DNA of 63,808 bases. It comes from an uncultured Clostridia bacterium (GTDB lineage: Bacteria > Bacillota > Clostridia > TANB77 > CAG-508). A program made the position numbers and the translations under genes. The notes beneath the pieces were generated by a model, which was not told where the DNA came from, made no database searches, and was given only the letters and a program-made list of their open reading frames with translations. The DNA lies in NCBI GenBank assembly GCA_944391965.1, contig CALXVH010000006.1:1-63808 (forward strand), given 5' to 3'. Below, in pieces: positions 61,210-63,808 of the stretch; the stretch's first letter is position 1, and each line of letters begins with the position of its first letter.

Positions 61210-62479
61210 TTATTCTTCATTTATATACTTAATTACATCACCATAAATATAAAAACTTCCTACGATGAAAATTGTATAATCTTTATATTCGTGTAAACTC
61301 TTTTTTATAGCTTCATTTAAATCTATGCCACTTACATTTTTTCCATTTAACCTTATAGCTTCTTCACTTAAAACTTTGTTATCCCAGTATCTTTCTTTAC
61401 TATTTCCATTTGTAAATATATAAATATTATCATCATTTTTTACTAATAATTTTAATACAGTTTTATAATCCTTAGATTTTAGTAAAGAAATAATAAATAC
61501 TTTTTTAGTATCCTTATAATACATATTAACCGAATTTATAAAATTTTTTATTGCAAGTTCATTATGTCCTCCGTCATATATAACTGTAGGATTTTCATGT
61601 AGTGTTTCGAATCTACCTTTGTGTACTACTGTTTCTAATGCTTCCCTTACTTTTTCTTCTGGTAAGTTATATCTGTTTTTCAGAATATCTACTGCTTCTA
61701 AACAAATACTTGCATTATATATTTGTGATTTTCCTTTAAGTTTTATCTTTACATTTTTATATTGCTTATAATCAAAAGTTTGAAAATCCTTATTATATGA
61801 ATAATTTTGTATCTCTTTTTTATTTATCAAATGCAATTCATTATTTTCTTTTTTACATTTATCAATAATAACTTTATCAACACTTTCACTTTGGCTTATA
61901 TAAACTGTATTTGAATTTTTCTTTATTATTCCTGCTTTTTGAAAAGCAATTTCTTCTAGTGAATTTCCTAAAACATTCATGTGGTCATATCCTATGGAAT
62001 TAATAATAGAAATTTCAGGATAAATTATATTTGTACAATCATATAACCCTCCCATTCCAACTTCCATAACAACCACATCACATTTTTTGCTTTCAAAATA
62101 CGCTATAGCCATTGTTGTTTCTAACTCGAATAAAGTAACATTTCTCTCATGAGCTACATTATATTCTTTAACTAATGGATCTAATTTAGTTATAATTTCT
62201 TCCATCTCTTTATTAGTAATATTTATGTTATTAACACTTATTCTTTCATTATATCTTATTAAATGTGGTGATATAAATTTTCCGACTTTATATCCGCTTT
62301 TTTAAAAAGATATTTGTCATCATTTCTGTACAACTACCTTTTCCATTTGTTCCAGCTATATGTATAAATTTTAGTTTTTCTTCCGGATGACCTAATTTTT
62401 CCATAAAATATTTCATTGCATCTAATGTTGGTCCTTTAGTTCCAGGAAAAAATCCTTGTAAATATTTTTCTACATTCAT
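61210..62479 (-). CDS. folC: Folylpolyglutamate synthase/dihydrofolate synthase, split by a +1 frameshift at about 62296 (recoded, pseudogene or assembly error)
   Basis: 5' ORF has HIAGTNGKGS; the +1 frame continues GYKVGKFISPHL...NERI...EVGMGG..D.TN...DGGHN...GSFY; joined length about 422 aa with no other lesion seen. Confidence 0.9.
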
Positions 62480-62538
62480 TTTATTTCTCCTATTTTAATA
62501 TCCCATTAGTTTTATCATATTTTAGCAATTTTGTATAG

Positions 62539-63384
62539 CTATATGTTTATATTTCCATCATATACTTTTGTTGCTATACCACTCATAATAATATGTCCAT
62601 TTTGTTTATTATAGTTTAATTTTAATTCTCCACCTCTTAATATAGCTTTAACATAACTAGAGCATATTCCTTTATAATAAGCTATGCAAAATGAGGCACA
62701 AGATCCTGTTCCACACGCATAGGTTTCTCCTACTCCTCTTTCCCATGTTCTAATCTTTAATGTATTTCTACCTAAACATTGAACAAATTCTACATTTATT
62801 TTATTTGGAAAGCATTTCATATTTTCAATTGCTGGTCCGTATTTTTCTATATCAATATTTTCTACATTATTTACAAAAATAACTAAATGTGGATTTCCCA
62901 TAGAAACATAATTTCCTATAAATCTGGTGTCATCCACCTTAATATTAACTGATATTGGAATCCTATAATTATTTTGAACGCTTATATTTTTTATGTCATC
63001 AAAAATTGGTCTTCCCATATCTACTTCGACTTCTTGAACTTCGCCATTTAGTACTTTTAATCTTACCACCTTTACTCCAGCTTTAGTTTCTATGCTTATA
63101 CTCTGTTTATCTATTATTCTGTTATCATAAATATATTTAGCAAAACATCTTATCCCATTTCCACACATTTCAGCTTCTGAGCCATCTTTGTTAAAAATTC
63201 TCATCTTTATATCTGCTACAGTACTTTCTTGTACTAAAATAAGTCCATCTGCCCCAACACCAAAATTTCTGTTACACATATATCTAGCTATTTGTGGCAA
63301 TTTATTTTCTGCTAATATATTTTCCAAACAATTTATACATATGTAATCATTACCTAGTCCATGCATTTTAGTAAAAGTAACCAT
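62539..63384 (-). CDS. dapF: Diaminopimelate epimerase
   Basis: FTKMHGLGND, EMCGNG, GNPH, ERGVGETYACGTG. Confidence 0.97.
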   Translation of the reverse strand: MVTFTKMHGLGNDYICINCLENILAENKLPQIARYMCNRNFGVGADGLILVQESTVADIKMRIFNKDGSEAEMCGNGIRCFAKYIYDNRIIDKQSISIETKAGVKVVRLKVLNGEVQEVEVDMGRPIFDDIKNISVQNNYRIPISVNIKVDDTRFIGNYVSMGNPHLVIFVNNVENIDIEKYGPAIENMKCFPNKINVEFVQCLGRNTLKIRTWERGVGETYACGTGSCASFCIAYYKGICSSYVKAILRGGELKLNYNKQNGHIIMSGIATKVYDGNINI

Positions 63385-63538
63385 ATTTACACCTCCATAC
63401 ATTATACATATGTAAGTTGATGATATTTTGTTACTTTTGACACACTTTTTGACACACTAAATTATAAAAACAAATCACTATATTTTCAGATATTGTGGTT
63501 CGTTTATACACGTCCTTTTTGATTTTTAATATAATTTC

Positions 63539-63752
63539 ACAAAAAAATAGTAGTATCTGATAATTTTTGATACTACTATTTTTGGTGCCTCGAACGGGAA
63601 TCGGCGAGCCGCGTCCTAAAAACAGTCCTCTGACTGTTTTTGCCTTCACTATGTTCAGGCACGTCCTTTTCGATTCCCATTATAATTACAAAAAAATAGT
63701 AGTATCTGATAATTTTTGATACTACTATTTTTGGTGCCTCGAACGGGAATCG
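63539..63752. repeat. 65-bp direct repeat (tRNA-Phe 3' end plus terminator) enclosing a hairpin-rich spacer
   Basis: 63539-63603 is identical to 63688-63752; spacer holds aaaaacagtc-ctct-gactgttttt. Confidence 0.9.
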
Positions 63753-63807
63753 AACCAGTGACACAGGGATTTTCAGTCCCTTGCTCTACCAACTGAGCTA
63801 TCGAGGC
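63732..63807 (-). tRNA. tRNA-Phe(GAA)
   Basis: Reverse-strand cloverleaf gcctcga...aggga-ctgaaaa-tccct...ttcgatt...tcgaggc-a-cca. Confidence 0.96.
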
Positions 63808-63808
63808 T

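Noticed and set aside
62297-62303. Programmed -1 frameshift at A AAA AAG in folC
   Set aside because: The downstream FolC sequence is in the +1 frame, not the -1 frame
63539-63752. Possible CRISPR array or attL/attR of a prophage
   Set aside because: Only two 65-bp tRNA-derived copies 149 bp apart, with no cas or integrase genes in the window
63431-63764. ORFs 63431-63649 and 63576-63764
   Set aside because: They overlap the tRNA-Phe 3' end, its terminator and the repeat; not credible proteins

Overview
AT-rich chromosomal segment of a Clostridia-like Firmicute; the lineage is inferred from polC, a T-box, the dimeric glycyl-tRNA synthetase and Gram-positive LexA-type boxes. It is mostly housekeeping: a glycolysis cluster (gap-pgk-2xNUDIX-tpiA-gpmI, eno), dxs, tsaE-tsaB-rimI-Lon-like protease, ppdK, T-box-controlled glyS, pyrH-frr-uppS-cdsA-rseP-polC, fadD, lepB, dapL, murE, folC, dapF and five tRNA genes. 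Accessory elements are a 2376-aa secreted RHS toxin (ricin-lectin insert, GIY-YIG-like tip) with a probable immunity gene, a nuclease-like/UDG-like gene pair, orphan HEXXH and transglutaminase-like proteins, REP-like 27-bp palindromes and a duplicated tRNA-Phe 3' end. The most striking candidate system links two observations. First, an atypical third tRNA-Gly (243-316) has Gly acceptor identity, a mismatched anticodon stem and loop CU-UCCG-A. Second, an otherwise intact folC is broken by a +1 shift exactly at an in-frame CGG-A where a conserved Gly belongs. Together they are consistent with natural quadruplet (CGGA=Gly) decoding or +1 frameshifting, although a single-base assembly error in the adjacent homopolymer cannot be excluded from one window. 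Other oddities are a PolC with a tandem duplicated OB-fold, a MurE with a non-canonical substrate motif, and two diverged paralogous orphan genes flanking eno. All product calls come from motif recognition by eye; no database searches were run.
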